From an uncultured Methanomassiliicoccales archaeon (GTDB lineage Archaea > Thermoplasmatota > Thermoplasmata > Methanomassiliicoccales > UBA472), in NCBI GenBank assembly GCA_963695345.1, contig OY968769.1, positions 1,248,001 through 1,312,000 on the forward strand: a stretch of 64,000 nucleotides of DNA. The letters are read 5' to 3'. A program made the translations under genes and the position numbers. How positions within the stretch are numbered: the stretch's first letter is position 1; each line of letters opens with the position of its first letter. Shown here in pieces: positions 41,048 to 51,626 of this stretch. The notes beneath the pieces are model-generated. The model did not search any database. It saw only the letters and a list, made by a program, of their open reading frames with translations, and was not told the origin of the DNA.

Positions 41048-41165
41048 GGAGCTCCGTTATGCCAGTCCTGCAAAGGATATCAAGACTATGAATGATTCGT
41101 CCATACGATGCCTTCCGATTTGGGATATAGCCATACCCCCAATTCCCTCTCAGGAGGCCTGAAAG

Positions 41166-41738
41166 ATGAACAGGACAAAGATCGGAGTTACACTGGTGGT
41201 CTGTGCGATCCTAGCCAGCGGCCTGATGGCGGTAGGATTCGTTGCTACCAACGGGATAGCCACCGATGGAAGCAGCGATGCCTCGAGCACCGACAGCGGG
41301 ACCTCTACCCAAACCCTGAACGTGACCGTATATGCCAATGTTCAGGGGCAGCTGGTCCCCATCCAGGGAGCGAATGTGACCGTATACGAGGTCACAGTGA
41401 TCGAGAACGACACGGTCGAAACGATAACGATTGAGAAGATCGCCGTGAGCACGACAGGTGTGGGCGGTGTTGTGCAGATCGTCCTGCCGGAAGGGGATTA
41501 TACCCTTGTGGCAGACTACTACGGACTGCGCAGCGTCGGCATACTGAGCAACGACACCACTGAGAACATCTCCATGGTGCTGAATGCTGGAATGCGCGGG
41601 CACGGAGGCCACTCTGCCGGTTATTCCGGCGCAGCGACCTCGAACATGACCGCGGAGAACATGCTCGCCGATACCGGCGCCGTAACGGCGTCCGGGGATG
41701 CCACATTCACCGGGCGGGGAATGCCGAGGCGCCGCTAA
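41166..41738 (+). CDS. Secreted or membrane-anchored protein with carboxypeptidase-regulatory-like beta-sandwich
   Basis: Signal anchor, S/T/D linker, PIQGANVTVY..T..GG.V...LPEGDYTLVA; GGAGG RBS. Confidence 0.75.
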   Translation: MNRTKIGVTLVVCAILASGLMAVGFVATNGIATDGSSDASSTDSGTSTQTLNVTVYANVQGQLVPIQGANVTVYEVTVIENDTVETITIEKIAVSTTGVGGVVQIVLPEGDYTLVADYYGLRSVGILSNDTTENISMVLNAGMRGHGGHSAGYSGAATSNMTAENMLADTGAVTASGDATFTGRGMPRRR

Positions 41739-42091
41739 GCGTTAGACACAGATCAAATGGTCAAACCCTTTCCCCCGTTATCTTTTCCACCACCGTGTTA
41801 CAATTCTTCCTGTCCCGGAACTACGCGTTCTCTCCGGCGAACAAGGTGTTATTGTGAGGTGTGGGTTCCTCGTTTTTTATCCATTTGAACTCGTAGGTGC
41901 ATGGCCATCTCAAAGTAGGAACGATACCAGCAGATAGGCGGTGGTTCTTGAACGGGGGCGCAACAGTTCGACCTGTTCCCATTGCATGCTTCCAACGATC
42001 ATCGGTTATGCTGCAGTGGTCGGGTTAAGAAATAAAAAAAGAAATCGGGCTTTGCGCCCTATTTATGGTTTAAGCTGCACCGTTCCCGCGC

Positions 42092-43117
42092 TCACACGGT
42101 ATCCAGTATCGTAGCCCTCGGCGCCAGCCTGCTCAATCCTTTGATATTCCCCACGCCCGAGCATCCGTCGAAGGAGATGCTTGTTAGTTTCTTAGGGTTG
42201 AACAGGAAACCCACCGCATATTGCGGACCGATCGTTCCGTCGCCGTTAACGAAACCGGCAGGCTTCTGTCCATTATAGGATGCGACACAATTGGTGAACA
42301 GCACTCCAGACGCCGATGGGTAATACTCCATGTGGAAACCGGATTCCAGATTGTAGTTGGCCGTGCATCTGGTGAGCAGTATGTTCGAAACACTACCGCT
42401 TTCACACACATCGAACCCGGTCGCCCATTTGTTGAAACGGGTGGAATAGTATCCACAATAGTTGGCAGAGCAGTCGGTGAATTTGACATTTGCCTTCAGA
42501 CCGTTGCCCGTTAGTAAGAACCCGAATCCATCCACCCCTTCTGCGCGGCAGTATGTGAATGTCACACCAGTTATCTTGTAGGGGCTGAACGCGATCAAAC
42601 CAAAGGCATAGTCGTTACCGTGGCAACGGTAGGCGGTCACGTGATCGATCGTTATTGCGGAAACGTCCGAACGTGAGGCCAAGACCTCTATGCTGCCATA
42701 CCCTGTCATCCTGAATTTGCTGAACGTCACTCCATTCTTGTTATACACAACGAATTGCTCGGCGGCCGCAGATGCATCGTTGAAATTGAGCACAGTGCCT
42801 GTGGGTCCGTCACCGTCGCCGATCAGTTTGACGCCGGCGGCAGTGTAGATGGCCGTGCTTACGATATAGTTGCCCGCGGGCACATATGTGACCTTGTTCG
42901 CCTGGCCCATGGTCCAAGTAAGGGCCTTGCCGAAGTTAGTTCCGGTATAGACAACGGCACCGGTCGAGCTATAGACCTTCGAGCCGACGATCTTATAATT
43001 ATAGGTCGGGGCGGCCTCGGAGACCTGCAAGCTTACGGATAGCAATGAAATGACGATTACTATGGACCCTAGCATTATGCCATAGTTCTTCAGTCGGCGC
43101 TTGTCGAGGAATCTCAT
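42092..43117 (-). CDS. Secreted right-handed parallel beta-helix (pectate-lyase-like) protein
   Basis: Signal peptide ending SEA|A; YVPAGNY; repeated xTFTxCxAxxN..GF units. Confidence 0.8.
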   Translation of the reverse strand: MRFLDKRRLKNYGIMLGSIVIVISLLSVSLQVSEAAPTYNYKIVGSKVYSSTGAVVYTGTNFGKALTWTMGQANKVTYVPAGNYIVSTAIYTAAGVKLIGDGDGPTGTVLNFNDASAAAEQFVVYNKNGVTFSKFRMTGYGSIEVLASRSDVSAITIDHVTAYRCHGNDYAFGLIAFSPYKITGVTFTYCRAEGVDGFGFLLTGNGLKANVKFTDCSANYCGYYSTRFNKWATGFDVCESGSVSNILLTRCTANYNLESGFHMEYYPSASGVLFTNCVASYNGQKPAGFVNGDGTIGPQYAVGFLFNPKKLTSISFDGCSGVGNIKGLSRLAPRATILDTV

Positions 43118-43871
43118 GCGAAACAACCTCTCGTTATTCCAGACCCAGCTCCCGTGTCGCCTTTTTTCATTGCCTGATCGCCGATCTTCCAGGCATTGTC
43201 CCTCGATTTGTTCGAGATACAATTTAAAACGGTAAGATCAACCGTCATTGTGGGTTCTACCGCTACCGGGAAGGCCATCGAAACGCCCTTTCCTTGCTTG
43301 TCATCTTTCCATGAATATCTCATTCTCATGCTTGTTCAGCTCCTCTATTTCGATACGTTGCACTAGTGCAGACTGAATTGAGACAGGTACCACAGCGATT
43401 GGATCTTTGTAGGCCATGCCTCATTTGTAGACGGCCGGAAGAAACGCCTATTGCGCATACAGCCTGAACATCTGGAATCAAAAATGGATCCTTAGATGTT
43501 ATTTTGCAACCTAGCCGACGGAGTTACCGTTCCGACGACAGTGCGAACAATGCTCCTGACCGGAGCTCTTCCGTTTTGCCCGCTCATGATTAGACAATTC
43601 CTTTATCGAATATAAACAAAATTATATAGAAAATACTAATCTTAATAACAACTGAATAGCATTTTGTTCTTGAAAATATGCTTTTTATCGATATTAATTT
43701 AACAAACGAAATGCCTAACTTTTTTTATACGTTCCTTTGCCCGAACCATTGATCGACCACAACCGAACCTCTAACTTTGTCACAACTGTGATAATGTGAG
43801 CCGCTGTCTGAGGTTATTTTCACGGACGGCGGAAGGATCGGCTTATTTGCTTCAATCGGATAAAATGAGAG

Positions 43872-43943
43872 TGCGGCCACCGGGATTCGAACCCGAGTTC
43901 GAAGCTTGGGAAGCTTCAGTCCTAACCACTAGACTATGGCCGC
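43872..43943 (-). tRNA. tRNA-Gly (anticodon CCC), intronless, CCA not encoded
   Basis: Reverse complement GCGGCCATAGTCTAGTGGTTAGGACTGAAGCTT-CCC-AAGCTTCGAACTCGGGTTCGAATCCCGGTGGCCGCA folds as a cloverleaf. Confidence 0.97.
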
Positions 43944-44059
43944 CTGTGCGCTACTGAATCCTGAACAATGTCTTAAATCTTTTCGGCCTGAGAAATAGCC
44001 AGCGTTTGCCGGAAGATGGCCCCAGTAGGGCCAAATGATTCGTTCGAGGAAATAAGCCA

Positions 44060-44335
44060 TCACTTCTGAGCGGCGGCCAGCAGGTTCTCCAGTTCGGTGA
44101 TGATACGATAGATGATGGTCCTGCCATGCATAGGTATGTTCGGGTCGTTCGCCAGATCATCCAGTTTTCCTATCGCTCCGGCCACCCGGACATCCAAGGC
44201 CACATTCTGTTCCAGCTTCGATTTTGCCTCGGTGGCCCCGCGCCTTATGTTCCGAGGGACCGATGTATCCTCGGCCAGCTGGTCCAGTACTTCCAAAATT
44301 TGACCCATCTTTTGCTTGACATCAACCACTACCAT
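44060..44335 (-). CDS. UPF0147 family protein
   Basis: DTSVPRNIRR, LDDLANDPNIPMHGRT. Confidence 0.92.
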   Translation of the reverse strand: MVVVDVKQKMGQILEVLDQLAEDTSVPRNIRRGATEAKSKLEQNVALDVRVAGAIGKLDDLANDPNIPMHGRTIIYRIITELENLLAAAQK

Positions 44336-44371
44336 ATTAACACCTCTTGAGACTAATTTTCATCATGAAGC

Positions 44372-44713
44372 CTATCTGCTCGGCTCCTGTGCTTCAGATA
44401 TGATCTTTCCCCTTTCCTTGAAGGTCGTGACAACCATCAGCGTCTTCGTGTCCTTCACGCCATCGATGTTCGAGATCTCATCCACTAAGAACCGCTTAAG
44501 CTGATTGTAATTGTGGAATTTGGTCTTTACAACGATGTCAGTATCACCGGTGACCAGGAAGACATCTTCGACAAGTGCGTATGTGGCCACTTTCTCCGCG
44601 ATCGTATCGGCGGCCTTGGTGTCGACCTTGAGGTTAATAATCGCAGTAACCTGCTCCTCCCCGTAGTAAGAGGACATTACCGTATCAATCTCATTACCTT
44701 CCTTTTGTTGCAC
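44372..44713 (-). CDS. Stand-alone Lrp/AsnC ligand-binding (RAM) domain protein
   Basis: VEDVFLVTGDTDIVVK, IDGVKDTKTLMV; no HTH domain. Confidence 0.88.
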   Translation of the reverse strand: MQQKEGNEIDTVMSSYYGEEQVTAIINLKVDTKAADTIAEKVATYALVEDVFLVTGDTDIVVKTKFHNYNQLKRFLVDEISNIDGVKDTKTLMVVTTFKERGKIISEAQEPSR

Positions 44714-44800
44714 CTGAACCCCTCCTTTTGGATGGAGCCCAAGTTATCCAGAAGCATCTGCCTCTAGAAGACCGTGGCCCGCTTTCTTGGCCTGGCACGC

Positions 44801-44968
44801 TCAGATGGAGGTCTCGAATTCCTCTTGAAGGTCGATGATGACCTGCTCGAGGACTTCCTCTAGGTTAGAACTTTGGTACTCCCTGAGGCCACCAAGGTCG
44901 CTTTGTACACGGGCAATGTAAGTATTATTGTTCTTAAGGAACTCGACGTTGCAAAGTGACTCTTCCAT
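44801..44968 (-). CDS. Small acidic hypothetical protein (55 aa), absent from the ORF track
   Basis: Manual translation MEESLCNVEFLKNNNTYIARVQSDLGGLREYQSSNLEEVLEQVIIDLQEEFETSI*; GGGTG upstream. Confidence 0.75.
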   Translation of the reverse strand: MEESLCNVEFLKNNNTYIARVQSDLGGLREYQSSNLEEVLEQVIIDLQEEFETSI

Positions 44969-45192
44969 TTACGCACACCCCTAGCCAACAATCTGCGAGT
45001 GTTGATGACAACCACCAATAATAGGTCTATTACTTAATGCTTTGCGAGGTCTATCGATATATTACAAAACGTACCCAGATACACAAGTCAAATACCCTAA
45101 AAAGGTTACAATCATAAAAAATCGGCTTGTAATTAGCGATTTTTCAGTCAGCTCGACAATCGTCCCTCGTAATCTCATCACCATCATCAAGT

Positions 45193-45630
45193 CTATAGTG
45201 TCTTTTCCATGTAGAACGCATCCTCTCCCTTGGAATAATAGTCAGGAATGGTCCCCCGTATCCGGTAACCCTCCTTCAGGTAGAGGTTGACGGCCGCGAC
45301 ATTGGTGACGCGCACTTCCAGGGTGACAGTGGACGATTTCAATGTCCTTGCGTGGTATTCGATCTCCACCATCAGTCGGCGGGCAATTCCCTTTCCTCGG
45401 TTTCTATGCTCCACAGCCAGCGAGAGAACGCGGCTCTTGATGCCCGGTTCGGAATAGGTGGCGGAATAGCCCACCACGACCCCTTCGATCTCGCAGACCA
45501 AGGTCTCGAACTCCTCCTCATTCACGAACATCTCCAGGAGGTCTCTGCTGAATCTTTCTTCCCGGAAGGATTCCATTTCTATGCGCATCAGGTCGTCCAG
45601 GTCCTTCAGGTTCGCTTCTCTGATGTGCAT
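45193..45630 (-). CDS. rimI: RimI/Ard1-type N-acetyltransferase (GNAT)
   Basis: LAVEHRNRGKGIARRL, LEVRVTNVAAVNLY, YYSKGEDAFYM. Confidence 0.88.
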   Translation of the reverse strand: MHIREANLKDLDDLMRIEMESFREERFSRDLLEMFVNEEEFETLVCEIEGVVVGYSATYSEPGIKSRVLSLAVEHRNRGKGIARRLMVEIEYHARTLKSSTVTLEVRVTNVAAVNLYLKEGYRIRGTIPDYYSKGEDAFYMEKTL

Positions 45631-45727
45631 GACGTTCCATCCTGACAACGAATATTAATAAGATGTGGCCAGGTCTACCGAAATCAAAAGATAGTAGAGT
45701 GCCATTTGTAACACCGGTGGGTATTCC

Positions 45728-47027
45728 ATGTGTTCCCCGGTGCCAATAAAACAACTACTGGACTCTCCGATTGCCGGGACAGAGACAGCCGTAAGGGGAT
45801 GGATATACCGGACCAGGAGCAGCGGCAAGATCGTCTTTGCCGTGGTAAGGGACTCAACCGGCATCATCCAGGTGACTGTCAAGAAAGGGGCCTTGCCGGA
45901 CGAGGATTTTGACCAGGCGGTCGCCTCCGCCATCGAATCATCGGTTATCATCAAGGGGATGCTGGCAGAGGACAAGCGAGCCCCTGGCGGATATGAGATC
46001 AGGGCCACCGGGTTCAGAACGGTCGGGCCATCCCAACCTTTCCCCATCACCGAGTACCAGAGCGAGGAGCTCCTGCTGGACAACCGGCACCTGTGGATTA
46101 GGTCCCGGGAACAGAACGCGGTCATGAAGATCAAGGGGAGCGCCATGAAAGGGGCCCGCGAATGGCTGGACGACCAGGGCTTCACCGAGGTCACGCCGCC
46201 GATCTTCACCCAGAACGCCTGCGAGGGCGGGGTCACCTTATTCAAATTGAAGTACTTCGACCGAGAGGCATATCTGAGCCAGAGCGCCCAGATGTACCTG
46301 GAGGCGCTCATCTATTCTCTGGAGAAGGTCTATTCCATCACTCCCTCCTTCCGCGCTGAGAAATCCCGGACCACCAGACATCTGACCGAATACTGGCATC
46401 TCGAGCTCGAGGAGGCCTGGACGGACAATGCCGGGAACATGAAGATCCAGGAAGAGCTGGTGTCGGCGATGATAGCCAAGATCGTGGAGGAGAGGAAGGA
46501 CGACCTGAAGCTGGTCGGAAGGGACATCGAGCAGCTCAGGAAGATCGTTCCCCCGTTCAACCGGGTCACCTACGCCGAGACCATCGAGAGGCTGAAACAG
46601 AAGGATTTCAAGATCGAGTGGGGTCAAGACCTGGGGGCTGCCGGAGGAAAGGGCGGTGACGGCCGATGAGTCCCTGCCCACCTTCATCACCAACTTCCCC
46701 AAGGAATGCAAGGCGTTCTACATGAAGGAGGACCCGGACGACCCGCGCACATACAAGTGCGCGGACCTGCTGGCCCCAGAAGGGTACGGGGAGATCATCG
46801 GAGGATCGGAAAGGGAGACGGACCTGGCAAAGATAATGGAACGGCTGGAGTCCCAGTGCGTTCCGGTGGATTCGTACCGATGGTACCTGGACCTCAGGAA
46901 ATACGGCTCCGTGCCGCATTCCGGGTTCGGGCTCGGGGTGGAGCGCATAGTGCGCTGGGTGTGCAAGCTGGAACACATCCGGGACGCCATCCCCTTCCCC
47001 CGCACGGTCTCCCGTGTCTATCCCTGA
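45728..47027 (+). CDS. asnS: Asparagine--tRNA ligase, frameshift at ~46640
   Basis: OB domain RGWIYR, RHLWIR, ACEGGVTLF, SFRAEKSRTTRHLTEYW, EIIGGSERE, PHSGFGLGVER. Confidence 0.93.
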
Positions 47028-48076
47028 GCCAGTTTCTTGGCCAGGTGAATATACAGCTGGACCGCTTCATCCAGCTGGGTCATCTCCACGAACTCGTCGG
47101 CGGTGTGGGCCACGTCGGTGTCGCCCGGTCCGCAGATCAGTATGTTGGGATTGACCTTGGCATAGACCGCAGCCTCCGTTGCGTAGGGCACCGCCATCGG
47201 TTCCTGCCTCAGATAGGCGGTCGCCACCTTTACCAAGGCCGATTCCGGATCGGTCCCGAACGCCGGGAACTCATGGAGCAGGGTAAGATCGCAATCCTCG
47301 CCTTTCAGTGTCGCCATGATCGAAGCGAATACCTCATGGGCGTTCATCGACGCGGGAAAGCGCACATCCAGATCGACTTCGCATTCGTCCGGTATGACAT
47401 TGTACATGTCACCGCCCTTGATGGTGGTGGCGTTCATGGTCAGGCCTTCGGCCGCCTCCCGGCCCTCCGCGTTGAGCGCCCCCAGTTTATCCAGCAACCG
47501 TGACATGGTCATTATGCCGTTCTCCCCCAGCCATGGCATGCTGGCATGGCAGGCCTTGCCGTAGGCTTTCAACCCGACCCTTGCCACCCCCTTCTCCTTG
47601 TACACCGGGCGCATGTTGGTCGGTTCGCCTATGACTATGGCCCGGGCGTTCTTGGCGCCATGGGTGCGTATGAGCGCGTTCGCCCCGGTCATCATATCCT
47701 CTTCGTCAGTGGTGAATAGGAGATAGCAGTCCAGGTCGTCGGCCATGAGCGCCTTGGCCGCATGCAGCATGGCCGCGCATCCGCCCTTCATATCCGCCGA
47801 TCCCCGGCCGAACACCTTGCCGTCCGACATCTCGCCCTGGTCCTTCGTCCAGCGGTCCCCGATCGGTACCGTGTCCAGATGTCCGGACAGGGCCACTCCT
47901 CGGAAACCGTTGTAGGCGCACAGCGCTGGGCAGCGTTTGTCCCCGACTATGTCCACCTCCATGCCAAGATCCTTGAGCCAGTCGGACGCATACTTGACTA
48001 TCTCGTCCTTGTTCTCCCTTCCCTCGCTCCCGATCAGGATCATATCGATAAGTGTCTCAACGACGCCTTCTGCCAA
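47018..48076 (-). CDS. M20/ArgE/DapE-family metallopeptidase or deacylase
   Basis: SGHLDTVP, GRGSADMKGG, DEE, GEPT, HAS.P..G.N, AHTADE. Confidence 0.92.
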   Translation of the reverse strand: MAEGVVETLIDMILIGSEGRENKDEIVKYASDWLKDLGMEVDIVGDKRCPALCAYNGFRGVALSGHLDTVPIGDRWTKDQGEMSDGKVFGRGSADMKGGCAAMLHAAKALMADDLDCYLLFTTDEEDMMTGANALIRTHGAKNARAIVIGEPTNMRPVYKEKGVARVGLKAYGKACHASMPWLGENGIMTMSRLLDKLGALNAEGREAAEGLTMNATTIKGGDMYNVIPDECEVDLDVRFPASMNAHEVFASIMATLKGEDCDLTLLHEFPAFGTDPESALVKVATAYLRQEPMAVPYATEAAVYAKVNPNILICGPGDTDVAHTADEFVEMTQLDEAVQLYIHLAKKLAQG

Positions 48077-48080
48077 ATGC

Positions 48081-49263
48081 TCACTTCCTTACGAACGGCG
48101 GAATTACCACATGTACGGGCACCTGCATATCTCTTATGGCGACAATAAGGTCGGTGCCGGGCGTGGTAAGCTCCGGCAATACGTAGCCGAGAGCAATTCC
48201 TTTCTTCAGACAAGGAGACAGCGTCCCGCTGGTGATATGGCCGATTTCCTTGCCGTCCTTCAGCAGGACGTATCCGTGCCTGGGAATGCCGCGGCCGTCG
48301 AGGACCAGCGCAACCAGGCGCGGAAGGGACATGCCAGCATCTCTGACGCAAGGCTTCCCTTCCGATAAACTCGTGTTCCCACTTGACCGCCCATGCCGGG
48401 CCGGTCTGAACCGTGCTCTGGCTCCCATCGAAGTCCGTCCCGGAGAGCAAATAGCCCATCTCCAGCCTCAAGCTGTCCCTCGCACCCAGCCCGGCCGGGA
48501 CCAAGCCGCTCCTCCCGCCGACGCTGATGATGAGGTTCCAGACCGCCATTGCGACCCGGGAATCGCACAGCACCTCGAACCCGTCCTCCCCGGTGTATCC
48601 AGTGCGGGATAGCATGACCCTGCTCCCCAACGGGCCGCCTGGCCAGACCCCGGCTGTGTCCGGGTCCTTACCGACCTCCCCGTCCGACAGCGGCGATGGC
48701 CGCAACCCGGTGACGATATCCCCCGGTTGGCCATCGATCTCAAGGGACGTCATTACAAAATGGAACCGTTTGATCGTAGAGAGGTCAAGGCCGGTGAGTC
48801 TCTGCATCAGGGCTGTTGCTTCCGGCCCCTGGACGGCAAAGCAGGCGATTTCCTCCGTCACGTCCAGCACTTCCTGTCCCGTCCGTTTTCCCTGGATCCA
48901 TCGGAGCACGGTCCCGGTCATCGAGGCGTTGGGGACCATCAGGTAGCCGTCCTCAGCGATGCGATAGACGATCGTGTCGTCGATTATCTTCCCATCATCG
49001 TTGAGGATATGGCCGTAGATGCCTTTTCCCACTTCCATTCCTGCCGGGTCGTTGGTGATCAGCCGACCGATCAGCAAACCCGCTCCTTCACCGCGGATGA
49101 CGATGTCCCCCATGTGGGAAACGTCGAAGATCCCGGCGCTCCTGCGCACGCTGATGTGCTCGTTGGCTATACCAGTGTACTGCAGCGGCATCTCCCATCC
49201 TCCGAAGTCGATCATCCGCGCCCCGGACGAGACATGCCAGTCATACAAAGGGGTCCTCTTCAT
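48081..49263 (-). CDS. gcvT: Glycine cleavage system aminomethyltransferase T, frameshift at ~48340
   Basis: KRTPLY, FGGWEMP, FDVSHMG, RTGYTGEDGFE, GLGARDSLRLE; C-terminus GHITSGTLSPCL...PPFV is in another frame. Confidence 0.92.
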
Positions 49264-49305
49264 GACCTGAAGAAGCTACTCGCGTGTAGAATACGTTTGC
49301 CCCGG

Positions 49306-50472
49306 TCACTCGGTGGTGAGCATCTTTTCCAGCATTTCCTTCAGGACCTTGGTCGGCACGTCCGGGATGGAGATGTAGGTCGTCCTTCCCCCGGCCGCGT
49401 CACCCGAGACCTTGGTCTGCACAATGCCTTCGTTGGCTATGCCTTGGATGTAGGCCCAGAACTGGGTGTGGGCGCGGGGCTTCTCCCCATATTCCTCCGC
49501 CACCACTTTGTACACCTTTTCGGCGTCGCCGGTGGTGACGTAGGCTTCGTCCCGCATCGCCCGGGCGACAGCCAGAAGCACTATCTTGCGCTGCCGGTCG
49601 AGCTGGTCCACCTTGCTCTCCGTGACAATGGAATAGGTCAGTGCCTTGGCGGCACGGACGTGCTCCGGGGCGACAGCCGGGGCGATCTCTTCCTCGGCCA
49701 TCATGCCGGCCCGGTCCAGGAGTTCAATGGCGAAACGGGCGTCGCCCCATTCCGAGGCGATGTCCGCGACCAGGTCGATCGAGTCCCGCCTGACCATACC
49801 CTGATGGAACGCCAGTTCCACTCTGTTGGCGACTATATCGCGCAGTTCCTCGGCATTGTATCTGTCGAACTGGATCGCATTGGCCCGGCGAAACGTGGAA
49901 AAGGCCGCCGGGTCCAGGAGGTCCAGCACATACTTCTGCGAGACCAGGATCAATGAGAGGGACGGTCTTGCCCCGACCGTCTCCTCGTCGAACCGGGAAA
50001 GCTGATAGATCAGGTCGCTGGCCCCCTTCCGGATCAGGATGTCTGCCTCATCAAGCACCACCACCAGGTGCATCTTGTTCTTTTCCAGGTGCTTCCGGAT
50101 GGCCCGCAGCATCTCCGCGATGCTGAATCCCCGATCGGGGTAATGCTCATCGAAATGGGTAACCAGACGTTGCAGCACCGCGCTCTCTGAATTGCGTTGC
50201 CGGCAATTTATGATGATATAGTCTATGACCCGCCCCTGCTCCCCCGCCTGCCGCTTCAGATCGATGCAGAACCTCTTCGATGTGGCTGTCTTCCCGGTAC
50301 CTACGTTGCCGATGAGGAACGCCGTCTGGGACATGGCCCCTTCCAGCACCGGGCGGAAGATCATCCACAATTTGTCCAGCTGCCGTTCCCTGTGCACCAG
50401 TTTCTCTGGCACATAGTCGAAGGATAATTTCGATTCGTCCTTGAACAGCTTACGGGGGGCGACCTGTCTCAA
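49306..50472 (-). CDS. cdc6: Orc1/Cdc6 replication initiation protein
   Basis: DYVPEKLVHRE, Walker A GNVGTGKT, Walker B VLDEAD, GDARFAI, C-terminal wHTH with GGRTT; TTG start overlaps the upstream stop. Confidence 0.95.
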   Translation of the reverse strand: MRQVAPRKLFKDESKLSFDYVPEKLVHRERQLDKLWMIFRPVLEGAMSQTAFLIGNVGTGKTATSKRFCIDLKRQAGEQGRVIDYIIINCRQRNSESAVLQRLVTHFDEHYPDRGFSIAEMLRAIRKHLEKNKMHLVVVLDEADILIRKGASDLIYQLSRFDEETVGARPSLSLILVSQKYVLDLLDPAAFSTFRRANAIQFDRYNAEELRDIVANRVELAFHQGMVRRDSIDLVADIASEWGDARFAIELLDRAGMMAEEEIAPAVAPEHVRAAKALTYSIVTESKVDQLDRQRKIVLLAVARAMRDEAYVTTGDAEKVYKVVAEEYGEKPRAHTQFWAYIQGIANEGIVQTKVSGDAAGGRTTYISIPDVPTKVLKEMLEKMLTTE

Positions 50473-51437
50473 TTTCCACTCCTCTTTATCCTGATGAAAC
50501 CGGAGCATGGGGTTATCTCGACCCCGTTCTGTTCTACCTGGTCGGCGAACAGGTTCACCCCCAGCGAATCTGAGGCCATGTGGCCGGAGATGATGATGTT
50601 GACGTGGTTCTTCCTGGCCTCTTCGATGTGGCTTTCCGGGACATGCATGCAAATGACCGTGCCGACACCTGCTTGGGCCAGCTTCTCATAGACATCCTTC
50701 GGGTAGGCGGTGCCCCCGCACATCTTGACCGATATCTTGCCCGCGTGCCGCGACCTGTCCCCCACCCACACCTCCGGTGGGTTGTTGTGGCTGATGGCGT
50801 ATCTCATCTCGGGAAGGGCTGACAGGATCCTGAGGACATCATCGACCCGTTCCGGCCTCTTCTCCTCTATCAAGTCCTGCATGAAACGCTGGACCAGTAT
50901 GTCAGTGGGCTGGTGCACGCACATCAGCGGCATGTCCAGCAGCCGGGCCGCGTCGACCTCCTGCTCGTGGTTGCTGGAAGCGATGGCGTTGTGCACCTCG
51001 CGGATGCGTGGAGAGACTATGTCCTCGGCGATGTTGATGGAGATGCCGGCCTGCCGCATCAGCGTCTCCTGGACGTGCATGACCTCGTAGAAATTTGCAT
51101 GGGCGTACCCGCGCGGGTGGTGGCCGATCACCGCGTCGATCCGTTTGCCCTTCTCCCGCAGGCGGTCGGCGAGCACCACCTCTCCGGTCCCGATGTCTAT
51201 GCCCCAGAGGACACCCTTCACCTCGGTCGCAGGGTCCCCGTGGAGGAGGCGCGAATCAGCATAGGGATTCCACAGCTGATCCCTGTCGAACAGTTCCTGG
51301 TCCTCCTGCTCCATCTTCCGGTAGCGGTCACCGACCCGCTTCAGCTCGACCTCTATCTCCTCTTTCGTTCGCAGATCGGCGTCCATCCCCATCTGGACCG
51401 CAAGCTTGTAGATGTCGATGAGCTTCATTTCAACCAT
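50469..51437 (-). CDS. NIF3-like (NGG1p-interacting factor 3) protein, long form
   Basis: NPYADSR, GIDI, GHHPRG, CVHQPTD, CMH, GHMASDSLG.N. Confidence 0.85.
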   Translation of the reverse strand: MVEMKLIDIYKLAVQMGMDADLRTKEEIEVELKRVGDRYRKMEQEDQELFDRDQLWNPYADSRLLHGDPATEVKGVLWGIDIGTGEVVLADRLREKGKRIDAVIGHHPRGYAHANFYEVMHVQETLMRQAGISINIAEDIVSPRIREVHNAIASSNHEQEVDAARLLDMPLMCVHQPTDILVQRFMQDLIEEKRPERVDDVLRILSALPEMRYAISHNNPPEVWVGDRSRHAGKISVKMCGGTAYPKDVYEKLAQAGVGTVICMHVPESHIEEARKNHVNIIISGHMASDSLGVNLFADQVEQNGVEITPCSGFIRIKRSGN

Positions 51438-51626
51438 TCAATGAAAATGTGTATGCATTAGAAATAGGTTGTTAGAATTCGGCACCGGATTTGATATCCT
51501 CAGCGATCGGATGTCTGCCATCGGACGTCGATGCCGTGCGATTCATTGAGCGATAAAAAACGGATGAAAGGGATTTGGGGGCTTTCGCCCCGAGGTTTGA
51601 AAGCGCCTCTGAGGCACCGAGTTCGT

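Noticed and set aside
43200-43943. Integrated element or provirus at tRNA-Gly
   Set aside because: No integrase, no duplicated tRNA 3' end and no viral or plasmid genes in the window.
49263-51620. Replication origin next to cdc6
   Set aside because: cdc6 is tightly flanked by genes and no ORB-like repeats were seen. The AT-rich block at 43600-43740 also lacks recognisable ORBs.
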